A stretch of DNA of 64,000 nt from Nostoc sp. (GCA_036918135.1 JBALDB010000036.1:1-64000), one strand, 5' to 3'. Shown: positions 50,425 through 61,941, counted from the first letter of the stretch. Numbers and translations are program-made. Notes: a model not told the origin generated them from the letters alone.

Positions 50425-51180
50425 ATGAGCGAAACTAACCCCAGACGAATTGTAATTGGGGATGTACATGGTCACTATGAAGGTTTAATGACATTGTTGG
50501 AGGCGATCGCCCCCACATCAGACGATCGGGTCTATTTTCTCGGAGACTTAATCGATCGCGGGCCTCATAGCGCACAAGTAGTTAATTTTGTCAAGGAAAA
50601 TAACTACCCGTGTTTGCTAGGAAATCATGAGCAAATGTTATTAAGCATTCTGACCGATGAAAGGACTTCCTCCCCAAGGATGCAAGCATGGCTATATGGT
50701 GGGGGGCAAGCGACCGTAGCCAGTTACCACGAGGCTACAATTCCAGATGACCATTTAGATTGGTTCAAAGCTTTGCCTACATATATTGACTTAGGGGATA
50801 TTTGGTTAACTCATGCTGGTGTTGACCCTTCTAAGCCAGTCAGAGAACAAACAGCCGATCAACTGTGCTGGATACGAGAAGAATTTCATAGCATTCGCAA
50901 GCCTTACTTTCCCGATAAGCAAATTATTATCGGTCACACGATTACCTTTACTTTACCGGGTGTTTCTCCTGGTCAACTGGCACAAGGACAGGGATGGCTA
51001 GGCATAGATACTGGCGCATATCATCCTCGGAGTGGCTGGTTGACTGGGCTAGATGTTACAAATCACTTGGTTTATCAAGTAAATGTTTTTAGAAATTATC
51101 TCCGTGCTGTGCCCTTAGGAGATATGGCGATCGCAATCGATCCAGCTAAAATTAAAGTTAATCGCCGCAATTACAATTGA
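50425..51180 (+). CDS. metallophosphoesterase (PPP-type Ser/Thr phosphatase-like)
   Basis: GDVHG, GDLIDRG, GNHE, HAG, GHT, IDTG. Confidence 0.92.
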   Translation: MSETNPRRIVIGDVHGHYEGLMTLLEAIAPTSDDRVYFLGDLIDRGPHSAQVVNFVKENNYPCLLGNHEQMLLSILTDERTSSPRMQAWLYGGGQATVASYHEATIPDDHLDWFKALPTYIDLGDIWLTHAGVDPSKPVREQTADQLCWIREEFHSIRKPYFPDKQIIIGHTITFTLPGVSPGQLAQGQGWLGIDTGAYHPRSGWLTGLDVTNHLVYQVNVFRNYLRAVPLGDMAIAIDPAKIKVNRRNYN

Positions 51181-51254
51181 TCGGGGGAGTGGAGACTCTT
51201 TAGTAGGGACTGGGAATTAGGCAAGAGTTTTCCCAGTACCCAATGCCCTAAACA

Positions 51255-52112
51255 TCAAGCTAATGGTCGAATATTGGCTCTATAACTAGCTTTATCTAAT
51301 CCATAACTTCCGTTGCTAGGTTGCTCCTGAATTTCACGTTTAAGGGCAGCAATGCGATCGCTTGTTCCGGGGTGAGTACTCAAAAATGTTGGTACAGAAC
51401 CACCCTGTTTTAACAGCTTTTGCATAAAAGAAACCATCGCCGACTGGGCGTAACCAGTGCGTGTCAAAGTTCTTAATCCTCTTTCATCGGCCTCAAATTC
51501 ATTTTGACGGCTGCGTGGCAAGTCTCGCGCTAACTGTACACCAATTTGTACCGCCGTACTCCGGTCTAAGCCAGCTGCTGTTAATAGACCACTTTCAAGG
51601 GCTTTTTGCTGCATTTGTTTGACTACGTGTTTGCCGCCAATGTGACCAATTTCGTGGGCGAGTACACTTGCTAGTTCCGCTTCATTATCTGCGGTTTTTA
51701 GCAAGCCCGTATGAACATATACATAGCCTCCCAAGGTCGCGAAAGCATTAATAGACTTATCTTCAACTACTTGGAAAGTATAAGGGAGATCCGGGCGATC
51801 GCTATTAGCTGCCAAACGCCGTCCGACTTTTTCCACATAGCGATTAACTTCTGGATTGCGGTAAAGTCGCACTTGACTATTCACCAATTCCTGATTAATC
51901 TGCTTACCCAGATCGACTTCCTGGCGAGAGGATATATTAGAAAGCTGAAATACCTGGACTCCTTGGAATAGAAGAGGTAAAAAGTCTAAAGCTCTTCCAG
52001 GTAAGGGTGTACTTAGGCACAGACTCAGGGCAACTACCACTGAAATTAGTGGATAAAACCAGCGACGACGCCACATCCGGTAATTTACAACAAAACCTTT
52101 CCAATTCAACAT
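51255..52112 (-). CDS. M48 family metalloprotease
   Basis: NAFA..GG, LAHEIGH, E.EAD, FLSTHP...RI. Confidence 0.9.
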   Translation of the reverse strand: MLNWKGFVVNYRMWRRRWFYPLISVVVALSLCLSTPLPGRALDFLPLLFQGVQVFQLSNISSRQEVDLGKQINQELVNSQVRLYRNPEVNRYVEKVGRRLAANSDRPDLPYTFQVVEDKSINAFATLGGYVYVHTGLLKTADNEAELASVLAHEIGHIGGKHVVKQMQQKALESGLLTAAGLDRSTAVQIGVQLARDLPRSRQNEFEADERGLRTLTRTGYAQSAMVSFMQKLLKQGGSVPTFLSTHPGTSDRIAALKREIQEQPSNGSYGLDKASYRANIRPLA

Positions 52113-52506
52113 AATCTGTACTGAAAATAATTTTGGGAGAACGTAAGATGATAAGACAAATTATGAGACGGATTTAAAATATTCTATGTTGCATTGTTAG
52201 CTCAAAACGAAAGGGCTTGTTATACAGCTAATGCTTACGCAAATATACTGAAGTTGACACAGCTAACGATTCCCTCTAGAGATAGGCTTAAACAATGAGA
52301 TTTTAGCTTTCAAGTACATCAGTTCTAAGAGGCAAAAATTTGAGGCTTAGCTGCCGCAACTCGAAACTGACGAACACGTGATAAACTGTCGCATGACTAC
52401 AAGGCTCAGCTGCTTTGAGTTATTACCAAATAGATAAAGTTGCCCTTCCCATCGCAAACCTTGTTGCTACAATCAATTTCTTCGCTATTACCTTGGAAAA
52501 CTTTTT

Positions 52507-53040
52507 ATGGCTATTTTAGATTCAAAAGGTCGTTTGTTCGGCAAAATTAACCTCCTTGATTTAGGTGCTGCGCTAGTCAGCCTGTTAGTTATATTTGTAA
52601 TTATGTCTAGTTTCTTGTCTAGCTTAGGCCTTGCCCAAGTCGGTGAGAAAATAGCACCCATAGAGGTAGATTTAGTAGTCCGTGGTTTGAATGTACGTGA
52701 CCCCGAACAATTATTCAATAATGGATTAAAAAAAGGCGGTAAAACTAATGTGATCATCCGCAATCAACCCTATGGAGAGATTGAGATTAAATCAATTCAA
52801 CAACTACCTAGAACAGTCAATGTTTCCCAGCCTGATGGTTCCGTTAAAGAATTGCCAGATCCAAAAACCAATAATTTTAGTACAGATTTTATTTTAACTT
52901 TAGATGGCAAAGCCCAAGTTACTGACAGTGGTCCAGTTCTTGGCAACAGTAAAGTCAAAATTGGGATGCCATTTGAATTGGAAGGTTTTAACTACAACTT
53001 CAATGCTACTGTCATTGATGTCAGGTTAAAAGACAAATAG
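52507..53040 (+). CDS. DUF4330 domain protein
   Basis: MAILDSKGRLFGKINLLD + TM, IIRNQPYG. Confidence 0.85.
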   Translation: MAILDSKGRLFGKINLLDLGAALVSLLVIFVIMSSFLSSLGLAQVGEKIAPIEVDLVVRGLNVRDPEQLFNNGLKKGGKTNVIIRNQPYGEIEIKSIQQLPRTVNVSQPDGSVKELPDPKTNNFSTDFILTLDGKAQVTDSGPVLGNSKVKIGMPFELEGFNYNFNATVIDVRLKDK

Positions 53041-53152
53041 TTTTGTAATAATTCAGAAGGATTTGATACCTAAGCTTAATAGTTTAAAAATCAATAATTC
53101 ATAAAAGATTTGATTTTTAAATTCCTAGCTATATTGTGAATTCTGACTAATG

Positions 53153-53184
53153 AGCGGAGCATCGAAAATATTTGCAGCTCCGCT
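53153..53184. terminator. inverted repeat between convergent genes
   Basis: agcggagc...gctccgct. Confidence 0.4.
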
Positions 53185-53198
53185 TGTGAATTCTTAGA

Positions 53199-54092
53199 TT
53201 AATTAAGCAAAGGTAAAAATCGGCGAATTAACCCAATTGTTACTCCTGGCAATTCCAACTGCGGTGTTAATCCCACATCCTCTAATTGTTGAAAAAATCG
53301 GATTGCTTGGGGATTAATTTCGGCGAGGCGGCGACCAGTTGAAGGCCCTGTAAATTCCGATTTTTGTCCCCAAATAATGGCGGTAGGGGTGGTCAACTGT
53401 TGAATATAAAGAGATAAATCAAAGCATAAATCGCCACGTACAAAAGACAGTGCTGCATACTCAGCATTTGGCTGTTGGGCTGATTGTAGATAAGCATCTA
53501 CAATTTCTTCATAGATTCGATTAGGTTGAGCAAATTGTCGCTGCTCTAAGAAGCCACGAATACCGCCACTAGTAGCAACTCCAGTACTATATAGCACGCG
53601 GTCAATAATCGGAACACTGACTAACTGAGCAAAAAAGCTGCGGGAATAGTCTTCGCCAAAGTCAGAAAGTCCGGCAGGAGTAGTAAGAATTAAAGACTTA
53701 AATAAATCTGGATGAGCGATCGCTACTCTAATTATAAATGCTGCGGTTAAAGAAGAAGCGATCGTTGTTACCGGCCCGCTACAAGTCTGCTGAAAAAATT
53801 CCCGAATCGTGGTCAAATAATCGTCAATTTTATAACTGCGTGCTGGATGTTCAGATCTACCCCAACCAATTAAATCTGGCGCAATAACTCTATATTCAGC
53901 AGCAAAAGCGGGATAAACTTTCGACCACTCATAAGCAGAAGACCCACCGCCAAAGGCGTGCAAAAACACCAAAGTTTCTCGGTCGTCGGCTGTAACATCG
54001 TTTTGCCAAGGTGACCCAGCGGCAGTATAGTACACCATTTTACCTAATGAGGTAATTACCGAGCGTTGTTCAAATCCTATTGGCTGAAACAT
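53199..54092 (-). CDS. alpha/beta hydrolase fold protein
   Basis: FLHAFGGGSS.YEW, APDLIGWGRS, IASSLT, IIWG. Confidence 0.85.
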   Translation of the reverse strand: MFQPIGFEQRSVITSLGKMVYYTAAGSPWQNDVTADDRETLVFLHAFGGGSSAYEWSKVYPAFAAEYRVIAPDLIGWGRSEHPARSYKIDDYLTTIREFFQQTCSGPVTTIASSLTAAFIIRVAIAHPDLFKSLILTTPAGLSDFGEDYSRSFFAQLVSVPIIDRVLYSTGVATSGGIRGFLEQRQFAQPNRIYEEIVDAYLQSAQQPNAEYAALSFVRGDLCFDLSLYIQQLTTPTAIIWGQKSEFTGPSTGRRLAEINPQAIRFFQQLEDVGLTPQLELPGVTIGLIRRFLPLLN

Positions 54093-54821
54093 AAATATTT
54101 TTCTTGACCTAATGATTAATTAATACAGGTAAGCTGTTCCACATAAATTTGCATATATTAGGCAGGCGAGACGCTCACTGCACAATATATGTACAATTTC
54201 AGATTGTTCAAACTAAATGTGGTTTAGCTTAACAACACAGACGCTAGGACACAGGGATAGGAGGATATAAAGATGCTCCGAAACTCTGACTAGAGAATTT
54301 TTTTCCGGCGTCAGAGCGTCTTAAGTTTTATTATCAGCGAACCAATTACTTTAGGACTTCTGACCAGCGTCAGATTAAGTAGATGTAAAATTGCTGAATT
54401 GGTTATAAAGATTTAGTAGTTTTTTTCTCCTAAGAAACCAGAAAATAACGTTGTAATTACTGTGTTGCAGGGCTTGTGCCTGGTAGCGAGTATTACCATG
54501 ACATAAATCAAGATGAGTTTTTTATGATACTCTATCAACAAATTGATAAATAATTTTGAGCGTCAAGAATAGTCAAAACGCTCATTTTAATAAGCTATTA
54601 ATTCTAGTTCTGCATCTGAAAACAATAGCTTTTGATACAGCAGTTTTGATTTGCATGAAGTACAGAGTTAATGGTTTTGAGGCAGGAGGCAGAAGGCAGC
54701 TATGCTGGAGGGAAAAGAATAATTTCTATATTGAATTCTCCAGTTGTGTACCTCATTTATTTGCAAACTGCTGTATGTTACTAAGCTGATTTATATCTAG
54801 GTAAGGCTAAGGCGGAATGTC

Positions 54822-55394
54822 ATGGTACAGGCTACTCTTCAATTAAATAAAGTACCAAGGATTGAAGATCCGAAAATTGCGCTTGACAACTTTAATATCC
54901 AAAACCAAATTACAGTTTCATCTCGCCTTGAGCCAGGTATTGACATTACCAAACTGACTATACCTACTTGTATTTGTTTAGACTTGGAAGATTTGAAGTG
55001 TTTTGAAGCAGTAGAACGCCAGTATGAACGCTGGGGAGTGATTTTTCATAATTCTCTAGCAATACAGCCCTCAAATCCAGCATTTCCAAGTCATTCAGGG
55101 CTGACAGTCTTTATGGGAGCGCCCAAAAGCGGATTTTTAGAAGCGACTTTCTTACATCCTGTGAACTCAGTTAGTGCTTTTGTCACTAGTTCGCAGCGGT
55201 TAGTACTTTCGGCTTACGATGGCGATCGGCAACTCCTGGGACAAACTATACTACCAGGCGCTAATCTTGCCAATTCTGATTCGGCAATTTCCTCTAATAC
55301 CTTATTATCTATAAGTGGGAATAACATCAAAAGCGTCACCTTCTGCGCTTTTGATGGTCAATTTACTCTTGATGACTTTCGTTTCTGCCTTTAA
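54822..55394 (+). CDS. hypothetical protein (beta-sandwich-like)
   Basis: 190-aa ORF ending FTLDDF.F; function not recognised. Confidence 0.7.
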   Translation: MVQATLQLNKVPRIEDPKIALDNFNIQNQITVSSRLEPGIDITKLTIPTCICLDLEDLKCFEAVERQYERWGVIFHNSLAIQPSNPAFPSHSGLTVFMGAPKSGFLEATFLHPVNSVSAFVTSSQRLVLSAYDGDRQLLGQTILPGANLANSDSAISSNTLLSISGNNIKSVTFCAFDGQFTLDDFRFCL

Positions 55395-55729
55395 ACTTAA
55401 AACGTTAAAAACTCAGTAACAAAATTAAGCTTACTTGTCCCAATCCGGGTATTCTTTTAGAGTATATTGTTCATCAATCTCCCAAAGAGTAGAAACTAGG
55501 GTGCTTCCAGCAGATTTCAAGGAAAGTTAAGTACACTATCTAAGTTTAGTAGCTAGGTACAGAGCCTATTCTAACTCATCAATTCTGACGCCTCGGCAGA
55601 GCTTGCTTTGCTTTTGAATTCTCCTGTATAATCACCTGTATTTTTACTAATTTGGGATGCTTCTTGGTTTGTGCATTTTTTAATAAAACTTATACAATAA
55701 GTAATTTCGCAATCAAGTAGGTAAACACT

Positions 55730-56587
55730 GTGGCACAGGCTTCGTCTTCTTGGCAGCAATTGCTCAACCAGCTCCCCAACTGGTCGCTGACAAAGTTCAA
55801 GACAGCTAATCACGGAAAAAACCCACAACTAAACATGAAAAAGGAACATACCCTACTCCCTACTCCCCACCCCCTACTCCCAATTTTCAAATTAGGAGGA
55901 AGCTTAAAACCGAAAACTTTCAAGCGCTTTTCTGGGCCTGGCGGCTTTCTTGGGTTCCTGACAATCGTCGTTGCTATGTTGTTGTGGAACTGGAAACTCC
56001 TATTAGCTTTGTCAATTGGCGTTGGAGTAATGGTACTAGTTTACTCAATGCAGGAGTGGGACTGGCAATTGCGCTGGTCTAAAATACGTGAGTTTTTAAA
56101 CAGTTCAAATCGTCGGTTAGTCTTAGCAGTCCTGAGTGGTGGTCTTGCGACTGTCAGCACTTACATGGCAGTTGCAATTTGGGTTGACTCTCACAGTCGC
56201 TGGATTGCTGCTGGCGCGATTCTCCAAGGTGTGGGAACACTATTAACTTTAATTTTATTAGTATGGCAAATTGTCAATTTTTATGGAAATCAACAAGAAG
56301 ACCACCTAGAGCAGTTGTTAGTCAATTTAACAGAAAAAGATCCATTGAAAAGATTAATTGCCTTGCGTCAACTCACCAAATTAATCACCCGTAAGCAAGT
56401 TGATTCTTCAGTGCAGGAAGATGTAATCCAATGCTTGCAACTCCTACTGAGTAGAGAGGAGGAAGTTGTGATTCGAGAGGCAGCTTTTAAGAGCTTGCAA
56501 GCCTGCGATCGCTTGCAACTACTACCACCCAAAACAGCCACAACTTTCGTTCCCATATCAGCAAAACTCAAACACCATATTTATTAG
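55730..56587 (+). CDS. membrane protein with C-terminal HEAT/ARM-like repeats; in-frame STRR insert
   Basis: Hydrophobic segments; DPLKRLIALRQL...IREAA; CCCTACT run at about 55851-55881. Confidence 0.75.
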   Translation: MAQASSSWQQLLNQLPNWSLTKFKTANHGKNPQLNMKKEHTLLPTPHPLLPIFKLGGSLKPKTFKRFSGPGGFLGFLTIVVAMLLWNWKLLLALSIGVGVMVLVYSMQEWDWQLRWSKIREFLNSSNRRLVLAVLSGGLATVSTYMAVAIWVDSHSRWIAAGAILQGVGTLLTLILLVWQIVNFYGNQQEDHLEQLLVNLTEKDPLKRLIALRQLTKLITRKQVDSSVQEDVIQCLQLLLSREEEVVIREAAFKSLQACDRLQLLPPKTATTFVPISAKLKHHIY

Positions 56588-56643
56588 TCATTGGTCAGTT
56601 GTCATTGGTTATTTGTGAATAATCAATGACAACTGACCAATTA

Positions 56644-57390
56644 TTATTTCCGAAACAACTGTCCATTGCGGACTTGAGCTACTGGTTGATTGCACCGTCG
56701 CACTAATTGTTCATCGTGAGTGGTAACAATCACTGTAGCGCCAAAAGAATTTAACTTCTGGAGAATTTGTATAACTTGCCAGGAATTATCTGGATCGAGA
56801 TTTCCCGTTGGTTCGTCGGCCAGCAGCAGTGGTGGTGTGCTAACAATCGCCCTAGCAATACTCACCCGCTGTTGCTCTCCTCCAGACAATTGATCTGGAA
56901 AGCAGTCAGCTTTATTCAGTAAACCTACCAACTTCAACGTTGGTTCTAAACGGCGTTGAATTTCTTTACGGGTATACCCTTGAGCTTGGAGTACAAAAGT
57001 TACATTTTCTGCTACTGTCCGTTGGGTAATTAGTTTGTAGTCTTGAAACACAATGCCAATACGTCGCCGTAATAAAGACAAGCGATCGCCCCTCAAAGCT
57101 GCTACATTACATTCATCAACGATTACTTCTCCCTGTGTAGGTAACTCCTGCCCATACAGCAGTTTCAAGAGCGTTGATTTACCAGAACCGCTTGGCCCTG
57201 TGATAAAGAGAAATTCTCCCTTTTTAACCTCAAGGTTGGCATTGAGCAACGCATGACAGCCATTAGTATAGGTCTTGGTTACAGATTGCAATTGCACCTT
57301 GGCAGCAGTATTACTAATGTGCTGTTGAGTTTCACTGTTGTGTCGAGCAACGGATTTCTCTGTCTTAACTTCAGTTGTTAATACTGGCAT
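56644..57390 (-). CDS. ftsE: cell division ATP-binding protein FtsE
   Basis: GPSGSGKSTLLKL, RRRIGIVFQDYKL, LSGGEQQRV.IARA, ADEPTGNLDP. Confidence 0.88.
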   Translation of the reverse strand: MPVLTTEVKTEKSVARHNSETQQHISNTAAKVQLQSVTKTYTNGCHALLNANLEVKKGEFLFITGPSGSGKSTLLKLLYGQELPTQGEVIVDECNVAALRGDRLSLLRRRIGIVFQDYKLITQRTVAENVTFVLQAQGYTRKEIQRRLEPTLKLVGLLNKADCFPDQLSGGEQQRVSIARAIVSTPPLLLADEPTGNLDPDNSWQVIQILQKLNSFGATVIVTTHDEQLVRRCNQPVAQVRNGQLFRK

Positions 57391-57615
57391 TGTTAAATTC
57401 TCCTCATATCCACAACCAAACACTTTGCCAACTTCGATTTGACATTCCCCCCAAAATCAGAATTCCCAGGTTTTGCCTGGGAATTTCAAATCCAACAGAG
57501 AAATTTAAAATTTTTTGAAGACTTACTAGTAACTAAGTAATAGCACTCAGAATTGAGAAGTCATCACTCAAAATTCCTAACCAAAGCTAACAAAAAGGTC
57601 TCCGGCGCTCCTAAC

Positions 57616-58374
57616 TCAGCACTTAATAGCACTCCTTGCAGTCCAGCGATAAACAAAGGCTTTGACTGCAAACTCCGGCAAAGCCAACATCCGCCGCCAG
57701 CGCCAAGGTTCTTGATACAGCCGATATAGCCATTCCAAATTATTATTTCCTAACCAAGCGGGAGCGCGAGTTTTAGTACCCGACCAAATATCAAAACTGC
57801 CACCGACACCAATCCAAATCGCTTGGGGACACAAATGGCGGTTTTGGGCAATCCATAATTCTTGACGTGGCACTCCTAAACCTACAAAAATCACTTGTGG
57901 TTGTAATTGGGTAAGAGTTTGTCGCAATTGTGCTTCTTCTTCTGCGGAGTGGTAGCCTGAGTGAGTACCTACGATGTTCAAATTTGGAACTTGCTGCTGC
58001 CAAAACTTTGCTGCAATTGAGGCTACTCCAGGCGCGGCGCCATAGAAAAATACCTTTGCCCCTGTCTGGCGCTGTCCAAGTTCTTGTAAAAGCTTTTCTG
58101 CTAATTCAATTCCCGGAAAACGCTGCACTTTTTGCCATAACAGCCAGCGTAAATAGAGAACAACCCCAGCTCCATCTGGAATCACTAGTTCAGCATTTTT
58201 AATAGTCTGAGCTAGAAATTTGTTCCGCTCTGCCTGCATAGTCATTTCTGCATTGAGCGTTACCACATGAGTTCCTCTGCCTTGTTGCAAGCATTCTAAC
58301 AACCAGCCTGGATAGTTAGTCATCACATGAACTGGTATCCCCAACACTGAAAATGCTTCAGGCGATTTAGACAT
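57616..58374 (-). CDS. WecB/TagA/CpsF glycosyltransferase
   Basis: VVTLNAE, PDGAG, VGLGVPRQE.W, GVGGSFD, RAP......LEWLYRL..EP.R. Confidence 0.92.
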   Translation of the reverse strand: MSKSPEAFSVLGIPVHVMTNYPGWLLECLQQGRGTHVVTLNAEMTMQAERNKFLAQTIKNAELVIPDGAGVVLYLRWLLWQKVQRFPGIELAEKLLQELGQRQTGAKVFFYGAAPGVASIAAKFWQQQVPNLNIVGTHSGYHSAEEEAQLRQTLTQLQPQVIFVGLGVPRQELWIAQNRHLCPQAIWIGVGGSFDIWSGTKTRAPAWLGNNNLEWLYRLYQEPWRWRRMLALPEFAVKAFVYRWTARSAIKC

Positions 58375-58934
58375 AAGTTATTGAGTTATTGTTGATTTCA
58401 CACCACATATTCCTTGAACGTTAAGTTTATCAAATATTTTTATCAGGGAAGAATTAAAGACGAGTCGCTCCAGTTTTCGTTGTTAGGCTCGTCACTCACT
58501 TTTTACTCGACGGTACAACCACCTCCTATCAAAGACAAAAACAGCTGCAACAATAGAAAGCATAATTTAACTAATTAGCCTTGGGTGCTTGTACTTCGAC
58601 TAAACCAGTCGCAATTTTATTGTTAGAGTCTAATGTTGACAAAGGCTGTGGCAATGCCCTTCATGTTAGCTTTACTCAAATTGCATTTCCATGTAGACCT
58701 GCACAAGGGTACTCAGACCACACGCGAAGCGTTGGCCGCGATCGGAAATTGCATGACAATTAAGGAGATATCAAGTGCCCTTAATTGTCAAGACTGTGTT
58801 GCTTTTCGACGTAGGATTTGAGTTATTCAGGTGTGACACCTCCACACACAGAATATCTTTAAATCTGTGCTTATTAAGACTTTTTAGTAAACTCGACTTT
58901 ACAGTTAAGGTAGTGTAACGGGCTGAAGTTGGCT

Positions 58935-59654
58935 ATGAGTAAAATTCGTATCGCTCTGATTGAAGATCATGACCTGACTCGTGTGGGAATTCGCACAGCA
59001 CTGCTACAAAAGGATGAAATTGAAGTTGTAGGAGAAGCCACCAATGCCGCTGAAGGGCTAAAAATGTTAAAAGTGCTACAACCAGATATTGCCATAGTAG
59101 ATATTGGTTTACCAGATAAAGATGGCATTGAGTTGACACGGGAGGTAAAATCTACTACTAATAGCGAAGAGTTAAGCACAAAGGTGTTAATTTTGACACT
59201 AAGGGATAATCGAGAAGCGGTATTGGCAGCTTTTGCAGCTGGGGCAGACTCCTACTGTATGAAGGATATCAAATTTGATAATTTGCTGGAAGCAGTGCGA
59301 GTAACTTACAATGGCAACGCGTGGATCGATCCGGCGATCGCTCGAATTGTATTACAACAAGCGCAACAAAACCCCCAAAAGTCGGAATCGGCTTTTGTTG
59401 ATACCAAGACCGTTGCTCCTAACCCTGAGTTGACGGAGAATCTAGAAGGAGTTGAACCTTACACCCTGACAGAAAGGGAGTTAGAAGTGTTACAGTTGAT
59501 TGTCGAAGGTTGTAGCAATGCAGTAATTGCGGAAAGACTTTACATCACTGTTGGAACTGTTAAAACTCACGTCCGCAATATCTTGAATAAGCTATGTGCC
59601 GATGACCGTACCCAAGCAGCAGTCCGTGCCTTGCGTTCTGGGTTAGTAGGATAA
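58935..59654 (+). CDS. NarL/LuxR-family response regulator
   Basis: REC domain plus LTERELEVL...SN..IA..L.IT.GTVKTHV.NI..KL. Confidence 0.92.
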   Translation: MSKIRIALIEDHDLTRVGIRTALLQKDEIEVVGEATNAAEGLKMLKVLQPDIAIVDIGLPDKDGIELTREVKSTTNSEELSTKVLILTLRDNREAVLAAFAAGADSYCMKDIKFDNLLEAVRVTYNGNAWIDPAIARIVLQQAQQNPQKSESAFVDTKTVAPNPELTENLEGVEPYTLTERELEVLQLIVEGCSNAVIAERLYITVGTVKTHVRNILNKLCADDRTQAAVRALRSGLVG

Positions 59655-59810
59655 AAGTTAAATTCAGCTGACAGTAACAGTTATCAAGGTTTCAAACACT
59701 GATAACTGATAACTGTTGACAATGATTAGTTCTGAGTTTTTGTTGGTTCTCAGGTGGGATAAAAGATTATACTATCTCGCCATTAAAATAGTTGAAAAAT
59801 AAAGTCAAAT

Positions 59811-61484
59811 ATGGCTGAGACAGGGGTGGACAAACTTAAGCTCATGGTCGTAGACGATGAGCCAGATAACTTAGATTTACTCTACCGCACTTTTAGACGA
59901 GATTTTCAAGTATACAAAGCTAATCATGCTTTTGCTGCTTTAGAAATATTGGAGAAAGTTGGCGAGATGGCTGTGATTATTTCTGACCAAAGAATGCCAG
60001 AAATGAGTGGCAGCGAATTTTTTAGTCGCACAGTGGAACGGTTTCCGGACACAATTCGGATTTTGTTAACTGGTTTTACTGATGTGGAAGATTTGGTAGA
60101 CGCGATTAACTCTGGTCAGGTGTTCAAATATATCACTAAACCCTGGAATCCGGAGCAACTGAGGGCGTTAGTTGAGCAAGCTACGGATACATACCGCCTA
60201 GTGAAGAAGCGCACCCAAGAGTTACGCCGAGCTTTACGGCGAGAATCCTTGTTTAATGCAGTGACAACAGCAATTCGGGAGTCTTTAGACTACGACAGTA
60301 TGCTGCAAAAGACTGTAGCAACTATCGGACAAACATTTGAAGCCACCAGCTGTTTGCTCAGACCAATAGAGGGCGATCGCCTGGTACCAGACCTATTTTC
60401 ATACCACGATCCTGAATCTGATGTATTGGATTGCGCTTTCGACGCCAGTCCTTTGATTGAAAAAGTTCTAGAAACACGTGATTATCAACTTGCTCAGGAA
60501 ATATCCGACGGTATCGCTTGTCATCATCTGGTTGTGCCACTTAGCTATCAACAGCACTTAGTGGCTGTACTGGCTCTCCATCAATCAGGACGCGATCGCC
60601 CTTGGCAAGACGAAGATATCCAATTAATTGTCGGTGTTGCCGAACAAGCAGCCTTAGCTCTCTCTCAAGCAAAACTCTACCAACGCCTCCAGGAAAAACA
60701 ACAGCAGATTCACACTGAATTGGAGGTAGCTCGTAAAATTCAATACAATCTTCTGCGCCAAACTTTACCTGATATCAAAGGTGTAAAGGTACAAGCCTGC
60801 TGCTACCCAGCGCGGGAAGTTGGAGGGGATTTTTTTGAAGTATTTGTCCATCCCAAAGGCGACTTATGGTTAGCTGTGGGCGACGTTTCTGGCAAGGGTG
60901 TCCCAGCTGCTTTATTTATGGCTAGTGTTATTTCTGTCTTGCGCCGGGAATTATCTCAAGAAGCACCAGCCCAACCAAATATCGTCATGCAGAATCTTAA
61001 CCATGCTCTGAGTGAAGACTTGATTAGTAATAATTATTTCATCACTCTTGTATTAGCTTGTTATACCCCTACAACGAGGGAACTCGTTTACACTAATGCC
61101 GGTCATATCTATCCACTATTATGGTCACAGAAAGCGGCATTAGCCGATAGTCCCAATTACCTCAAAGTCCGCAGCGTTCCTTTGGGGATATTGCCCAAAT
61201 GGCAAGCACAGTCTGGTAGCTTGGTTCTCGCTCCTGGAGACACATTGTTACTAGCTAGTGATGGTATTACAGAAGCAATGGTATCAAATAATTATAATAA
61301 ATCTGTAAAAACCGTGTCTGGCGTTGAGCCAGTTGAGCGTTCTATGCTGAATCAAGATGGTCTTTGGCAACTCTTGCAACAAGAGCAAAAACCGCTTTCT
61401 CTTAACCATTTACTAGCTCGCATCCAAGCAGATAACCACGTCCAAGAAGACGATCAAACTATACTCTCACTGGAGATTTTGTAA
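59811..61484 (+). CDS. REC-GAF-SpoIIE (PP2C-type) phosphatase
   Basis: ISDQRMP, VGGDFF, GDVSGKG..AAL, NAGH, SDGITEA, EDDQT. Confidence 0.92.
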   Translation: MAETGVDKLKLMVVDDEPDNLDLLYRTFRRDFQVYKANHAFAALEILEKVGEMAVIISDQRMPEMSGSEFFSRTVERFPDTIRILLTGFTDVEDLVDAINSGQVFKYITKPWNPEQLRALVEQATDTYRLVKKRTQELRRALRRESLFNAVTTAIRESLDYDSMLQKTVATIGQTFEATSCLLRPIEGDRLVPDLFSYHDPESDVLDCAFDASPLIEKVLETRDYQLAQEISDGIACHHLVVPLSYQQHLVAVLALHQSGRDRPWQDEDIQLIVGVAEQAALALSQAKLYQRLQEKQQQIHTELEVARKIQYNLLRQTLPDIKGVKVQACCYPAREVGGDFFEVFVHPKGDLWLAVGDVSGKGVPAALFMASVISVLRRELSQEAPAQPNIVMQNLNHALSEDLISNNYFITLVLACYTPTTRELVYTNAGHIYPLLWSQKAALADSPNYLKVRSVPLGILPKWQAQSGSLVLAPGDTLLLASDGITEAMVSNNYNKSVKTVSGVEPVERSMLNQDGLWQLLQQEQKPLSLNHLLARIQADNHVQEDDQTILSLEIL

Positions 61485-61487
61485 GTA

Positions 61488-61913
61488 ATGAAAAGTGAGC
61501 TTCAAGTACCAAGTGATTTGAACTTTCTGAATATTGTTGAAAACTGGTTGCTGGGATGCTTGAAAATCCAGCTAGGAGAATCAGTAGATTGGTCGCGCCA
61601 ATCGAGTCGTTTGAGGTTAGCTTTAGTAGAAGCCTACTCAAATGCAGTACGTCATGCCCATAGGGACAAACCAAATTTGCCGATTTTACTGCGTTTGGAA
61701 CTCAAAGACCGAGACCTTGCCCTAGAAGTTTGGGACTACGGCGAAGGCTTTGATATGTCTACATACTACGCTCCGAACCCAGTTGAAAAACAAGAAGGTG
61801 GTTATGGTTGGCTGATTATGAATCGTCTGATGGATAAAGTAGATTACAAGTTGCAAATTAATGGCGCTAATTGTCTCAAGTTAGAAGCTACTTTACCGGA
61901 ATTAGTCAAATGA
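61488..61913 (+). CDS. anti-sigma-factor-type kinase (RsbW-like HATPase_c)
   Basis: LALVEAYSNAVRHA, WDYGEGFD, EGGYG.LIM..LMD.V.Y. Confidence 0.88.
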   Translation: MKSELQVPSDLNFLNIVENWLLGCLKIQLGESVDWSRQSSRLRLALVEAYSNAVRHAHRDKPNLPILLRLELKDRDLALEVWDYGEGFDMSTYYAPNPVEKQEGGYGWLIMNRLMDKVDYKLQINGANCLKLEATLPELVK

Positions 61914-61941
61914 GTAGGTTATAAGCCATGATACTTACTAA

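Noticed and set aside
58581..58821. Small ORFs or ncRNA upstream of the NarL-type regulator
   Set aside because: No motif, RBS or clear structure that I can support.
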